Origin: an uncultured Candidatus Saccharibacteria bacterium
GTDB taxonomy: Bacteria; Patescibacteriota; Minisyncoccia; Phycocordibacterales; UBA1006
Direction: 5' to 3'
DNA length: 64,000 nucleotides
Assembly: GCA_964507625.1 (NCBI GenBank)
Contig: CAZDPR010000001.1
Location: 5,012 to 69,011, forward strand
How positions within the stretch are numbered: the stretch's first letter is position 1; each line of letters starts with the position of its first letter. Both the position numbers and the translations under genes were made by a program. Positions 8,735 to 18,652 of the stretch are shown piece by piece. The notes beneath the pieces are model-generated. The model was not told where the DNA came from. It searched no databases and saw only the letters and a program-made list of their open reading frames with translations.

Positions 8735-11377
8735 TTATTGAATAATATTAAGAGGAATGATTTGAGATGTTCGACTAAACACGGAATCTATTACTGTTAT
8801 CTCCAGATCGACCGTGCCTGGAATACTCACATAATCAGCAGGAATAAATTGATAATCTCCTGATTCTGATTCTTTACTACCAATAATTTGTCCATTTAAA
8901 CGAAACTCATATTTACGAATAGTTCTTCCTGGGAATGGTTGCGCAGTGGCAGTAATAATTATTGGTTGTTCTAGTTCGATTGTCTGATTTTCTGTTGGAG
9001 TAGCTATGGTTAATAATGGTTGTGTTTGTGCTGTGTGTACATCATCAAAACTAGAAGGTTTTTGTGGGGTTGTAGGAATGTTTCCTAAACCATTATTTCT
9101 AATCCACTCTTGAAAAGCAGCTTCCCAATTTTTATATTGACTGTCTGAAATTCCGATACCTGGGCGCGATTGTGTAAGATCGTTTTTATTAACCCAATAT
9201 AAAATTGATCGTGGTTCTTTAATAACATATTCTTGTCGAGTTTCTTTTGGAGTAAATTCTGTTGCTAATTTTCCTGAAATTTTATCAATAATAAATGATT
9301 CACCTCCCCACCATAATCCTCGAATTACTGGAGGTACATTATCAGGTGCGTCGCTATACATTCCAAATGATTGAACTGGCTTATCCACGAGCGCAGTGTT
9401 CATTACCGATCTCCATGTTGGTACTGAAATTGTTGAACCTCGCTTCATAGAAGTATTATTGTTGTTTCCAGACCATACCCCAACTACTATTTGTGGAGTA
9501 TATCCAACAATCCATGCGTCTTTATTATCATTTGTTGTTCCTGTTTTTGCGGCAACTGGTCGATCTCCAAAATTTAATTGGGAATTCGCCCCAAATAATG
9601 GTGTTCGTGCAACATTATCAGCCATTACCGATGAAATCATTCTCGCCGCATCACTAGAAATTACTTGTTCTCCTGGAATTTGTTTATATTCTTCTAAAAC
9701 TTTTCCTTGTAAATCTTCTATTTTTAATATTCCTGTTGGTGGTAATCGGACTCCATCATTTGCAAAAACACCGTACACTGAAGTTAGTTCGAGAAGAGAT
9801 ACTTCTCCACCTCCTAATACTAATGTTAATCCATAACGGTCAAAATTTCTATCAAGAGTTGTAATTCCTAATTTTTTTGCAGTTTGGAGTGCATCACCAA
9901 TACCCACTAAATAAAGCAATTTTACTGCTGGAACGTTTCGTGACTGACCTAATGCGTTTCGTAAACTAATTGGTCCTACAAATTTTCCATCATAATTATC
10001 TGGAGCATAACAATTTCCAGTACTTTCCCGAGAAAAAGCTCCACAAGAAGCACTAAACTGGGTTGGAACATCAAAAAGTACTGTTTCTGGCCGATATCCT
10101 TTTTCAAACGCTCGTGCATATACAATAGGTTTAAATGATGATCCTGGTTGTCTTCGTGCAGTAGTTACATTAAACTGACCATCAATATCTGGATCTAAAT
10201 ATCCTCGAGAACCTACCATAGCGAGAATCTGACCTGTTTTTGGATCAAGCGCTACTAATGCTTGGTTAGATGCATTCCATTCAGATTCATTTTTTAATGC
10301 ATTTTCTCGAACCTGTTTTTCTGCTTGTTCTTGAATTTTCCAATCAAGTGTTGTGGTTACTTTTAACCCATCAACTAACAGCGCATCTTTTCCATATTTT
10401 TCTTCTAAATACGCACGAATATAATCAACAAAATGAAGTGCTTTACCGCTACTTTCAGATAATGGCCTAAATTCTACTTCTTGCTCTCGTGCATCTTGGT
10501 ATTCTGATTCTGAAATATATCCCTGGTTAAACATTCTTTGTAATACTAAGTTTTTACGATTTTCTAATCGTTCTTTGTTTCTCCCGTAAGGTGAATAGAA
10601 TGTTGGCGCATTTGGAATTGAAGCAAGATATGCAGCTTCTGCAATAGTTATATCGTTACTTGATTTTCCAAAAAAGGTTTTAGCTGCTTGTTCAACCCCA
10701 TAAATTGCACCTCCGTAAGGAGCTTCGTTTAAATAAAGTGTAAGAATTTCATCTTTTGACATTGTTTGTTCTAATTTTAATGCTAAAATCCATTCTTTTA
10801 CTTTGCGAGAAATTCTTTTTTCAGAAGTTAGTAGTGTGTTTTTAATTACTTGTTGAGTAATGGTAGATCCACCACTTTCAGTAATAATATTCCCTGGAAT
10901 AATTTGAGATAATGCACCACGAACCATGGATGAAATTTTAATTCCATTGTGATTATAAAAATCCTTATCTTCAATAGCAATTACTGCATCTTTTATATCC
11001 TGATCAATAAAATCTCCCCCAACGACAGTTCTTTTAATGTTTTCATGAACATCATATAAAATTACTTCACCTGTTCGATCATAAATTTTTGTTGAACTTG
11101 CAACTTTTCGTTCAGAAAAATTATCAAGAGTTGGTAGTTGTAATGTCGCAACCCAAATAAAAAATCCTCCAACAGCTAACATTCCTAAAACTAAACAACT
11201 CCAAAATACTAATTGTGTATGATGACTAATCCAGTCAAACATTTTTTGAAACAATGAGTGTGATTTTTTTGCAACCTTTCGCACATGAGGCTCTGCATGT
11301 TTTTGATATGTTTTTTGTGTCTGTGTTTTTACTGAACGTACTGTATCAAAAAACTTTTTTGATTTATTTTGATTCAT
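8735..11377 (-). CDS. Class A penicillin-binding protein (PBP1A family) with C-terminal Ig-like domain
   Basis: Transglycosylase IEDKDFY, GGSTITQQ, RKVKE; transpeptidase PGSSFK, SRN, KTGT. Confidence 0.95.
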   Translation of the reverse strand: MNQNKSKKFFDTVRSVKTQTQKTYQKHAEPHVRKVAKKSHSLFQKMFDWISHHTQLVFWSCLVLGMLAVGGFFIWVATLQLPTLDNFSERKVASSTKIYDRTGEVILYDVHENIKRTVVGGDFIDQDIKDAVIAIEDKDFYNHNGIKISSMVRGALSQIIPGNIITESGGSTITQQVIKNTLLTSEKRISRKVKEWILALKLEQTMSKDEILTLYLNEAPYGGAIYGVEQAAKTFFGKSSNDITIAEAAYLASIPNAPTFYSPYGRNKERLENRKNLVLQRMFNQGYISESEYQDAREQEVEFRPLSESSGKALHFVDYIRAYLEEKYGKDALLVDGLKVTTTLDWKIQEQAEKQVRENALKNESEWNASNQALVALDPKTGQILAMVGSRGYLDPDIDGQFNVTTARRQPGSSFKPIVYARAFEKGYRPETVLFDVPTQFSASCGAFSRESTGNCYAPDNYDGKFVGPISLRNALGQSRNVPAVKLLYLVGIGDALQTAKKLGITTLDRNFDRYGLTLVLGGGEVSLLELTSVYGVFANDGVRLPPTGILKIEDLQGKVLEEYKQIPGEQVISSDAARMISSVMADNVARTPLFGANSQLNFGDRPVAAKTGTTNDNKDAWIVGYTPQIVVGVWSGNNNNTSMKRGSTISVPTWRSVMNTALVDKPVQSFGMYSDAPDNVPPVIRGLWWGGESFIIDKISGKLATEFTPKETRQEYVIKEPRSILYWVNKNDLTQSRPGIGISDSQYKNWEAAFQEWIRNNGLGNIPTTPQKPSSFDDVHTAQTQPLLTIATPTENQTIELEQPIIITATAQPFPGRTIRKYEFRLNGQIIGSKESESGDYQFIPADYVSIPGTVDLEITVIDSVFSRTSQIIPLNIIQ

Positions 11378-11444
11378 ATATGCGCACTATACAACATTTT
11401 TTGATTTTTTACAAAAAATCGTTTTTCTGGTACTGTGTCGGTAT

Positions 11445-12656
11445 ATGACCGATACAAATCCAGAAAAAATACAAGAATTTCTTTATCGTGGAGTAGAAAA
11501 AATTCTTCCTTCTCGAGACTTTGTGCAACAACAACTCGAATCTGGAAAACGATTAAAAATCTATTATGGAATTGACCCAACAGGCCCTAATCTCCATATT
11601 GGACACGCTATTGCAATTAAAAAATTAGCTCAACTACAACGTATGGGTCATGAGATTATATTCTTGATTGGAGACTTTACCGCAATGATTGGTGATCCGA
11701 CAGATAAACTCGCTGCCCGGGTAACTCTTACTCCAGAACAAATTGTAGAAAACTTGAAAAATTACAAAGAACAAGCTTCAAAACTGGTTCGATTTGACGG
11801 AGAAAATCCTGCAGAATTACGATTTAATAATGACTGGTTGGGAAAAATGGATTTTCCTGAAGTTATTAATCTTTGTTCAAAAGTAACCGTTCAACAACTT
11901 CTCGAACGTGATATGTTCCAGGTTCGTATAAAAGAAGAAAAACCAATCTACGCCCATGAAATCCTTTACCCATTAATGCAAGGGTATGACAGTGTCGCAC
12001 TGATGGTAGATGGTGAAATCGGAGGAAATGATCAATTATTTAATATGATGATGGGTCGTGAACTTTTAAAAGAACATGGGAAAGAAAAATTTGTCATGAC
12101 TGTAAAACTCCTGGCTGATGCAAACGGTAAAAAAATGGGGAAATCAGAAGGAAATATGATTACACTTGAAGACTCACCTGATGACATGTTTGGAAAAATT
12201 ATGTCATGGACTGATGGAATGATTATTGCAGGATTTGAATTATGTACCGATATTCCTGACCAAGAAATCACCACTATCGCAATCTCTATTCAAAATGGTG
12301 ATAATCCAATGCAGTACAAAAAACAACTCGCACGAGAAATTATTACTCTCTACCATAGCGCAGATCAAGCTATTAATGCACAAAATAATTGGGAACAAAC
12401 GTTTTCTGAAGGTGGAATTCCAGAAAATATTCCAGAAATCAACGGAGAATCTGAAAAATTGTTATCAGAAGTATTAGTAGAACATGATTTTATTGGATCA
12501 AAAGCAGAATTTAGACGATTAACTGATGAAGGTGGTGTAAAAATTATTACCAAGGATCTATCTGAAGAAAAAATTACGGATTTCCAATATAAACTTTCTG
12601 AAACGATTATTGTAAAGGTTGGGAAAAAGAAGTTTGTGAAAATAATTATAAACTAA
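11445..12656 (+). CDS. tyrS: Tyrosine--tRNA ligase
   Basis: YGIDPTG, HIGH, YPLMQGYD, GGNDQ, KMGKS; S4 domain at the C-terminus. Confidence 0.97.
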   Translation: MTDTNPEKIQEFLYRGVEKILPSRDFVQQQLESGKRLKIYYGIDPTGPNLHIGHAIAIKKLAQLQRMGHEIIFLIGDFTAMIGDPTDKLAARVTLTPEQIVENLKNYKEQASKLVRFDGENPAELRFNNDWLGKMDFPEVINLCSKVTVQQLLERDMFQVRIKEEKPIYAHEILYPLMQGYDSVALMVDGEIGGNDQLFNMMMGRELLKEHGKEKFVMTVKLLADANGKKMGKSEGNMITLEDSPDDMFGKIMSWTDGMIIAGFELCTDIPDQEITTIAISIQNGDNPMQYKKQLAREIITLYHSADQAINAQNNWEQTFSEGGIPENIPEINGESEKLLSEVLVEHDFIGSKAEFRRLTDEGGVKIITKDLSEEKITDFQYKLSETIIVKVGKKKFVKIIIN

Positions 12657-12687
12657 AAAACCGCATATGCGGTTTTTTAGTTTTTTA
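12651..12687. repeat. 37-bp direct repeat, copy 1; palindromic bidirectional terminator
   Basis: AACTAAAAAACCGCATATGCGGTTTTTTAGTTTTTTA, identical to 14824-14860. Confidence 0.9.
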
Positions 12688-13222
12688 ATTGATAATTTTT
12701 AATTAAAAAATCAATTAGTTTTTTATAGTCTGTTCCAAAAATTACTTCATTATTTGAAAATTCTTTTTTTGCAGCATAGGTGATATTTTTTAATTCATCA
12801 GATACGCCACCAGTTCCTTCAATTACCGCTACTGGTAATCCTTCCTCGATCGCGATTCCGAATTCTGATAATGTTCCAATACGACCATTTAATACAATAG
12901 CTGCATCAACATTTTTAATCATTTCAAGTGATCGAGCCGTAAAACCAGAAATAAAATGTGCTGTTGAATAAAATTTTATATCATGAGTATTTTCTTCGTG
13001 TTGTCGGTCATAATATTCATTATGATCACTATGAGGAAAATATCCAATTGTTTTTCCTGATGATGAATAAGCAGATTCAATACATACTGCAGGAATTCCA
13101 TTACATCCACCAGTCACCGTCGTAATATCTTTTTCTGCAAGATATTTCCCTATTTGCTCTGCAAGTTTTCTATTCTCTGCAGTAATTTCAGGAAGCCAAG
13201 AACTAAATATTGCTATTTTCAT
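12677..13222 (-). CDS. SLOG/LOG-family nucleotide-binding protein (module 1)
   Basis: VTGGCNGIP, RSLEMIKNVDAAIVLNGRIGTLSEFGIA, GTGG motifs (TIGR00725/LOG-like). Confidence 0.85.
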   Translation of the reverse strand: MKIAIFSSWLPEITAENRKLAEQIGKYLAEKDITTVTGGCNGIPAVCIESAYSSSGKTIGYFPHSDHNEYYDRQHEENTHDIKFYSTAHFISGFTARSLEMIKNVDAAIVLNGRIGTLSEFGIAIEEGLPVAVIEGTGGVSDELKNITYAAKKEFSNNEVIFGTDYKKLIDFLIKNYQLKN

Positions 13223-13225
13223 AAA

Positions 13226-13903
13226 TTATTTTTTACGAGCTTTAATAATAAAATAAGTCGGGTAGTTTCCATTATGGAATTGTTCTGATGCAGGGAAATC
13301 TTTTTCCTCAAGAAATGAAAGTATTTCAAAATTATTCAAAAAATCTCGATTGAAATATTCGTTAAGTGTATGTGTTGGTTCTTTTAAAGTAATTTTTCCA
13401 TTAAAAATATGAAGTGTGCTTACTTTTGATTCAAAATAATCAACACTCTCTCCGTATTCTCGAATTTTTCCAAAATATTGTTGCATTGGATGTTTTGTAA
13501 GTAATACAAATACTCCATCTTTTTTCAATACACGTGCACACTCTGATAATGCTTTAGGAATATTAAAACATGTTTGAAGTGCCCATGTTGAAATTACAAT
13601 ATCAAACATATCATCAGAAAACGGTATGTTTTCTGCAACCCCTTCTTTGATAATTCCTGTTGGATTTAATTCTTTTGCTTTATTAATAAATTCTTCACTT
13701 GGCTCTACTCCATAAATAATTGCACCTTTTTTATTTATTTCCCTTAAAACAGTTCCATCTCCACAACCAATATCGAGTACTTTTTTGTTCATTAATTCTG
13801 GTAATTCTTTAAAGAAGTTGTGTTTACTAATATCATCATAATTAATATTATCTGAATAAATACTTGAAAAGTTATTATATTGTTTTTTTATTTTATTATT
13901 CAT
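13226..13903 (-). CDS. Class I SAM-dependent methyltransferase (module 1)
   Basis: VLDIGCGDG, PFSDDMFDIV, RVLKKDG motifs. Confidence 0.92.
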   Translation of the reverse strand: MNNKIKKQYNNFSSIYSDNINYDDISKHNFFKELPELMNKKVLDIGCGDGTVLREINKKGAIIYGVEPSEEFINKAKELNPTGIIKEGVAENIPFSDDMFDIVISTWALQTCFNIPKALSECARVLKKDGVFVLLTKHPMQQYFGKIREYGESVDYFESKVSTLHIFNGKITLKEPTHTLNEYFNRDFLNNFEILSFLEEKDFPASEQFHNGNYPTYFIIKARKK

Positions 13904-14000
13904 ACCTAAATTATATCTAAAAATACTTGACATTTCAAAATTATATTGTTTTTATGTATATTTTTAAAAAAATATTTTAAAAATTGATATACTTAATAAT

Positions 14001-14825
14001 ATGTTGTTTTCAAACCATGAAAAATTAGAAGATACTCTTGTTCGAATGCTTTTTCCTGAACGAAAAACCGCAAAAGTACTGTTACGAGAATTATTAAAGG
14101 AAAATCAAGATTATACAATCCAGTCTGTTTATAACTCGTTACGGGAACTTATTCGTTTAGAAATTGTAATAAAAACAGGGTTTTATTACCAAATTAACGA
14201 GGAATGGAAGAATAAAATTATAGAAACCGTATCTGACAGTTCTGATGATATTTTTGATGGAGAAAAGACAATATTTCTCCTTAATTCACTTACTCATTAT
14301 GATCTTCAATGGAAAAACACTATTTTACCACTCCATAATAAATATCCTAAAGATCCTATATTTTTCTATAACTACCATTATATTTGGATTCATTTAGGAG
14401 AAACTCGTGAGAAATCAGAAATTGATTATTATGAGTCATTTTTAAAACAAAAAAGATATGCTTTTTCATTAATTGGATCACATCACCCTTTAGAAGTAGA
14501 GACAAAAAAGATGGTTGAGAATGAATTTGTACGTATTTTTATTGATGATAAACCCATCCAATCATCAGGATATATTACTATTATTAATGATTATATTATT
14601 ACTTCATATTTAACTAAAAAAACACTTTCAGAAATTGATAGTTGTTATAAAAAATCAAAAACTATTCCTGAATTACGCAGGAATATTCAAAAAATTGATT
14701 TTAAATCTAATAAAGTAAAGATTATTATCGAACGCAACCGAGAAAAGGCTAAGAAGTTGCGTAAAAAAATATCAAAAGATTTTTATATTCCACGAGAATT
14801 ACGTGAAAAGTTTGATTTATTTTAA
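14001..14825 (+). CDS. Winged-HTH putative transcriptional regulator (module 1)
   Basis: N-terminal TIQSVYNSLRELIRLEIVIK wHTH; paralog of 16163-16993 and 47987-48802. Confidence 0.7.
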   Translation: MLFSNHEKLEDTLVRMLFPERKTAKVLLRELLKENQDYTIQSVYNSLRELIRLEIVIKTGFYYQINEEWKNKIIETVSDSSDDIFDGEKTIFLLNSLTHYDLQWKNTILPLHNKYPKDPIFFYNYHYIWIHLGETREKSEIDYYESFLKQKRYAFSLIGSHHPLEVETKKMVENEFVRIFIDDKPIQSSGYITIINDYIITSYLTKKTLSEIDSCYKKSKTIPELRRNIQKIDFKSNKVKIIIERNREKAKKLRKKISKDFYIPRELREKFDLF

Positions 14826-14860
14826 CTAAAAAACCGCATATGCGGTTTTTTAGTTTTTTA
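14824..14860. repeat. 37-bp direct repeat, copy 2; palindromic bidirectional terminator
   Basis: Identical to 12651-12687. Confidence 0.9.
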
Positions 14861-15371
14861 TTATCCAATTAATTACCTCTTCGTAATCGTCAGAGAAAAA
14901 TACTTGTCCAGGAAACTCTTTTTCGGCTACAGAGAGGATATATTCTAAATGATCAGCAATACCTCCTGTATTTGTAATTACACCAACCTTTTTCCCTTCT
15001 TCAAGCGCTATTGTAAATTCTGACAGCGTTCCAATACGACCATTTAATAAAAGGATTTTATCAGCATCGTGAATCATTTGTAAACTTCTTGCTGTAAATC
15101 CGGGTATAAACTTAATTTCATTAAAATATTCTGTATGAAGATTATCAAAACGATTATTATGATCTTTTGTGTGTTTATCAGGAGAATATGCGATTGTTTT
15201 TATTCCAAATTCTTTTGCTTTTTGTACTATTAATCCAGGAACTCCTAATGATCCACCTGTCATTATTTCAATATTTTTAATTTCTGAAATTTTTTTAACA
15301 ATTTGATAAATTAAATTTTCTGATTCTTCTGAAATCTTTTCTAATGCAGAAGAAATAATTACTATTTTCAT
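14850..15371 (-). CDS. SLOG/LOG-family nucleotide-binding protein (module 2)
   Basis: MTGGSLGVP, GFTARSLQMI, LNGRIGTLSEFTIALEEG, NTGG; paralog of 12677-13222. Confidence 0.85.
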   Translation of the reverse strand: MKIVIISSALEKISEESENLIYQIVKKISEIKNIEIMTGGSLGVPGLIVQKAKEFGIKTIAYSPDKHTKDHNNRFDNLHTEYFNEIKFIPGFTARSLQMIHDADKILLLNGRIGTLSEFTIALEEGKKVGVITNTGGIADHLEYILSVAEKEFPGQVFFSDDYEEVINWIIKN

Positions 15372-15379
15372 TATAATTA

Positions 15380-16066
15380 TTATCTTTTTTTATAAACTCC
15401 AATAAAATATCCGGGATAAATTCGACCATCAACCTGTTCTGCTGCTGGGTCAAAAACTTCTTTAAAATCAACAAGGTCAAATTTTAAAAGAAAATCTTTA
15501 TTAAAATATTCATTAAAGGTGTGTGTTGGTTCATGAAGTGTAACCGAGTTGTTTAAAATATTACAGGTAACTATTTCTTTTTTAAAATAATCGGCTTTAT
15601 TATTTCTTTTTTCAAAATATTGACGAAACGGGTGGGTCATTAAATAAATAAAATATCCACCTGGTTTTAAAACACGATCAACTTCATTAAAAATTGGATT
15701 CATATCTGAAGATGTCATGATTGCATATTTTGAAACTACAATATCAAATGAATTATTTTTATAGGGAAGATTTTCTGCAAGTCCTACTTTAAAATTAATT
15801 CCTTTATATTTTTCTTTTGCAATTTTAATTAATTCTTCTGATGCATCAACAGCAGACACAGAGAAACCTTTTTGTTTATAATTACTTGCATCATATCCAT
15901 CACCACAAGCAAGGTCTAATAAATTATTATATTTAACCACATCAACTTCATTAATATATTTATAAAATTCACTACGATTTTGATTATTTGAATTATCACC
16001 TAAATTATGATTATTCGAGAAATCTATTGCAAAATTATTGTATTGTTTTCTTATATCAGTATTCAT
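15380..16066 (-). CDS. Class I SAM-dependent methyltransferase (module 2)
   Basis: LLDLACGDG, LPYKNNSFDIV, RVLKPGG; shares HP.xQYF and EPTHT.NEYFN motifs with the module 1 enzyme. Confidence 0.92.
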   Translation of the reverse strand: MNTDIRKQYNNFAIDFSNNHNLGDNSNNQNRSEFYKYINEVDVVKYNNLLDLACGDGYDASNYKQKGFSVSAVDASEELIKIAKEKYKGINFKVGLAENLPYKNNSFDIVVSKYAIMTSSDMNPIFNEVDRVLKPGGYFIYLMTHPFRQYFEKRNNKADYFKKEIVTCNILNNSVTLHEPTHTFNEYFNKDFLLKFDLVDFKEVFDPAAEQVDGRIYPGYFIGVYKKR

Positions 16067-16162
16067 GCCCTAATTATATCTTTTTTATATTGACATTTCA
16101 AAATTATATTGTTTTTTGGTATTTTTTTAAACACTTTGTTTAAAAATTGATATACTCTAATT

Positions 16163-16993
16163 ATGATATATTCTAAAAATGAACATTTAGAGGATTTGGT
16201 TATTAAAATATTACTCATTAAAGAGCAGAGTGTGAAAAGTATTCATAAAACATTATCTAGTCAACAAGAAAATTTTACCCTTCAAGGTATTTATCGCGTA
16301 CTTCGAGATCTTATAAAAGATGAAATAGTTATAAAAAGAAAGAATATTTATTTAATTTCTGAGGAGTGGCGTGATCGTGTTATTAATAGTTTTAGAAGAA
16401 AACAAAACAGTATTACCCTTTCGGAACACGAAAGTATTCAATTTAACTTAGATTCTCTTGTCCATCTTGATCAACAATGGAAAAATATAATTATTCCCTT
16501 ACAAGAATCTTTTTCTGATTTTCCTGTTTTTTTATATAATACCCATGAAATTTGGATACATTTAAGTGTTAGTAGAAAAGAAAGTGAATATAACTATTAT
16601 GAATCTTTTAAAGAAAATTCTTATTCTTCGTATTGTCTTTTTGGTGGAAATACAAAGTTTGATAAACAAATAGCTATGGAATTAAAACACGAGAAATTAA
16701 ATATTAATTATGGCTATAAACCTTTTCCAGAAACAGATTATATAATAATAATTGATGATTATATAATTACAACAAGAATTTCTCGGAAAATTGCAAATAA
16801 AATAAAAGATGTTTATTTAAAAAGTAAAAATTTTGATGAACTTGAATATAATTTACAAGAACTTGGTATTGAAAAGAAAAAAGTGAAATTAATCATCGAA
16901 CGTAATCGAGAAAAGGCTAAAATTTTTAGAAAAAGAATTTCTCGTAATTTTTATATCCCAATGCAATTACGAAAACAATTTGATTTGTTTTAA
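16163..16993 (+). CDS. Winged-HTH putative transcriptional regulator (module 2)
   Basis: TLQGIYRVLRDLIKDEIVIK; C-terminus IIERNREKAK...FYIP.xLR..FDLF shared with module 1. Confidence 0.7.
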   Translation: MIYSKNEHLEDLVIKILLIKEQSVKSIHKTLSSQQENFTLQGIYRVLRDLIKDEIVIKRKNIYLISEEWRDRVINSFRRKQNSITLSEHESIQFNLDSLVHLDQQWKNIIIPLQESFSDFPVFLYNTHEIWIHLSVSRKESEYNYYESFKENSYSSYCLFGGNTKFDKQIAMELKHEKLNINYGYKPFPETDYIIIIDDYIITTRISRKIANKIKDVYLKSKNFDELEYNLQELGIEKKKVKLIIERNREKAKIFRKRISRNFYIPMQLRKQFDLF

Positions 16994-17023
16994 TTAAAAA
17001 AAACCTTATAAAATAAGGTTTTT

Positions 17024-17290
17024 TTAGAATATTCGCTCTATTCGCTCTAAATATCCTTTTTCTTGTAATTCATTATTAATTTCATTTAATAATTCTGGAA
17101 ACCAAGTAATAATTCTAGATTTAATAATAGGGGAAATATCAAGAAATATATGGTTTTTTTTCTGTATTTGAATACTGGATCGTGGAATAGTAATGGACTG
17201 TTTTTCTAAAAAAGAAAGCGTGGTATTACGAATTACTGTTTCCGCAGGTGGTTTTCCTAAAAAACCCTGTAATCGTTCTGAAATATCCAT
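17024..17290 (-). CDS. Hypothetical protein downstream of dnaN (possibly DciA/DUF721-like)
   Basis: 88 aa ORF in tandem with dnaN; size and position fit DciA-like proteins, but no diagnostic motif was recognised. Confidence 0.5.
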   Translation of the reverse strand: MDISERLQGFLGKPPAETVIRNTTLSFLEKQSITIPRSSIQIQKKNHIFLDISPIIKSRIITWFPELLNEINNELQEKGYLERIERIF

Positions 17291-17293
17291 ATT

Positions 17294-18400
17294 TTACCGA
17301 TTCATCGGCATTACGAGGTAGAGAAATGAAGTATCTCCTTGCCCTTTAATAACTAATGGTTTTTTAATATCTAACCATTCAAAATATAATGAATCACTAG
17401 AAATACTCGCAATTCCTTCTTGGATATATCGTGCATTTAACCCAACTTCAATAGTATTCCCTTGAACTACCGCATCAACAGAAGTGTGGATTTCACCTAC
17501 AGTAGTGTTTTCAGCTTGAAAAATAAGGTTTTTTTGATCTGGTTGTACAGAAACATGAATATGATGGTAATGATTTGAAAAAAGAGGAAGTGTTCGTAAC
17601 ACTTGAATTATATCACTTTTTAAAATAATCGCCTGAGTTGTATGCTCTGTAGGAATAATTTTTGTGTAATCAGGGAAATTTCCATGGGTTAATTGAGCAG
17701 TAATGAATATATTTTTTGTTTCAATATGCACCTGATGTTCACTGATAGTAATTATAATATCTTCTTCGGTATCAGAAAGTACTTTCAGAATATCTTGAGC
17801 ATTTTTAATAGGGAGAAGAAATGAGTTTATTAAATCAGCATTTTTAAAGGAAATTTTCTTTTCTGCAAGACGGAACGCGTCTGTTGCTACGAAATAAAGG
17901 TTTTTTTCTTTTCCATGAATATAAATACTGGAAAGTTCTGGTTTTATATCACTTTGTGATCCTGCAAACATTACTGAACGAATACCGGTAATAAAATCTG
18001 TCACAGGAAGCGAAATTTCAGCCTCCTCACCACTTTTCTTTGGTAGTTCAGGGAAATCATCAAAAGGTACTGTTTTAAGTTTTGTACGGCTTTTTTTTGA
18101 CTGCATATGGAGTACATCACCTTCTAATTCACAAAGAATTGTATCTTGATTTGAAAAACCGTTAAGTACCTGAGCAAAAGTGTTTCCAGGAATAGCACAA
18201 ATACCTGATTGTTCTACTTTTGCTGGAATAATAATTTCTGTACCTGTATGGAGATTAGTTGCACGAAAGGTAACTCTTCCATCAGAACTTGCAATACATA
18301 AAATACAGGATAATACCGGTAGGGTAGGGTGTTTACCTGTTACTTTCTCTGCCTTACTCACTGCTGATATTATTTTTTCATGAGAGCATTCAAATTTCAT
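17294..18400 (-). CDS. dnaN: DNA polymerase III beta sliding clamp
   Basis: PTLPVLSCIL, VATDAFRLA, GNFPDY, YLVMPM; follows dnaA. Confidence 0.97.
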   Translation of the reverse strand: MKFECSHEKIISAVSKAEKVTGKHPTLPVLSCILCIASSDGRVTFRATNLHTGTEIIIPAKVEQSGICAIPGNTFAQVLNGFSNQDTILCELEGDVLHMQSKKSRTKLKTVPFDDFPELPKKSGEEAEISLPVTDFITGIRSVMFAGSQSDIKPELSSIYIHGKEKNLYFVATDAFRLAEKKISFKNADLINSFLLPIKNAQDILKVLSDTEEDIIITISEHQVHIETKNIFITAQLTHGNFPDYTKIIPTEHTTQAIILKSDIIQVLRTLPLFSNHYHHIHVSVQPDQKNLIFQAENTTVGEIHTSVDAVVQGNTIEVGLNARYIQEGIASISSDSLYFEWLDIKKPLVIKGQGDTSFLYLVMPMNR

Positions 18401-18652
18401 AATATAGTATTTTTTTAAATTTATAAATTTTTCAAATAATATTATTAGTATAGTATGTGGATACTGTGGATAAATCCAGAAACCTTTTTAAATAAAACTA
18501 TTTTAATAATTCGACCTGTGTATAATAATTATTATTATACACATATGAAATGTAGATAAATTGAAGGGAATGTAAAAAGAAATTGTATCCAAAATGTTTT
18601 CAGAAATTATCCCTCTCTATTTTCCCTGATTATAAACAAGTTTTTCCACAGA
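18401..18652. promoter_or_regulatory. oriC (dnaA-dnaN intergenic part) with DnaA boxes and AT-rich unwinding region
   Basis: TGTGGATAC (~18456), TGTGGATAA (~18466), TGTGTATAA (~18517), TGTAGATAA (~18551), TTTTCCACA (~18642); AT-rich stretch toward dnaN. Confidence 0.85.

Noticed and set aside
9396-9836. Many antisense or alternative-frame ORFs within long genes (also 52736-53248, 44488-44877, 28350-28760)
   Set aside because: They are shadows of well-supported genes on the opposite strand, with no independent motifs
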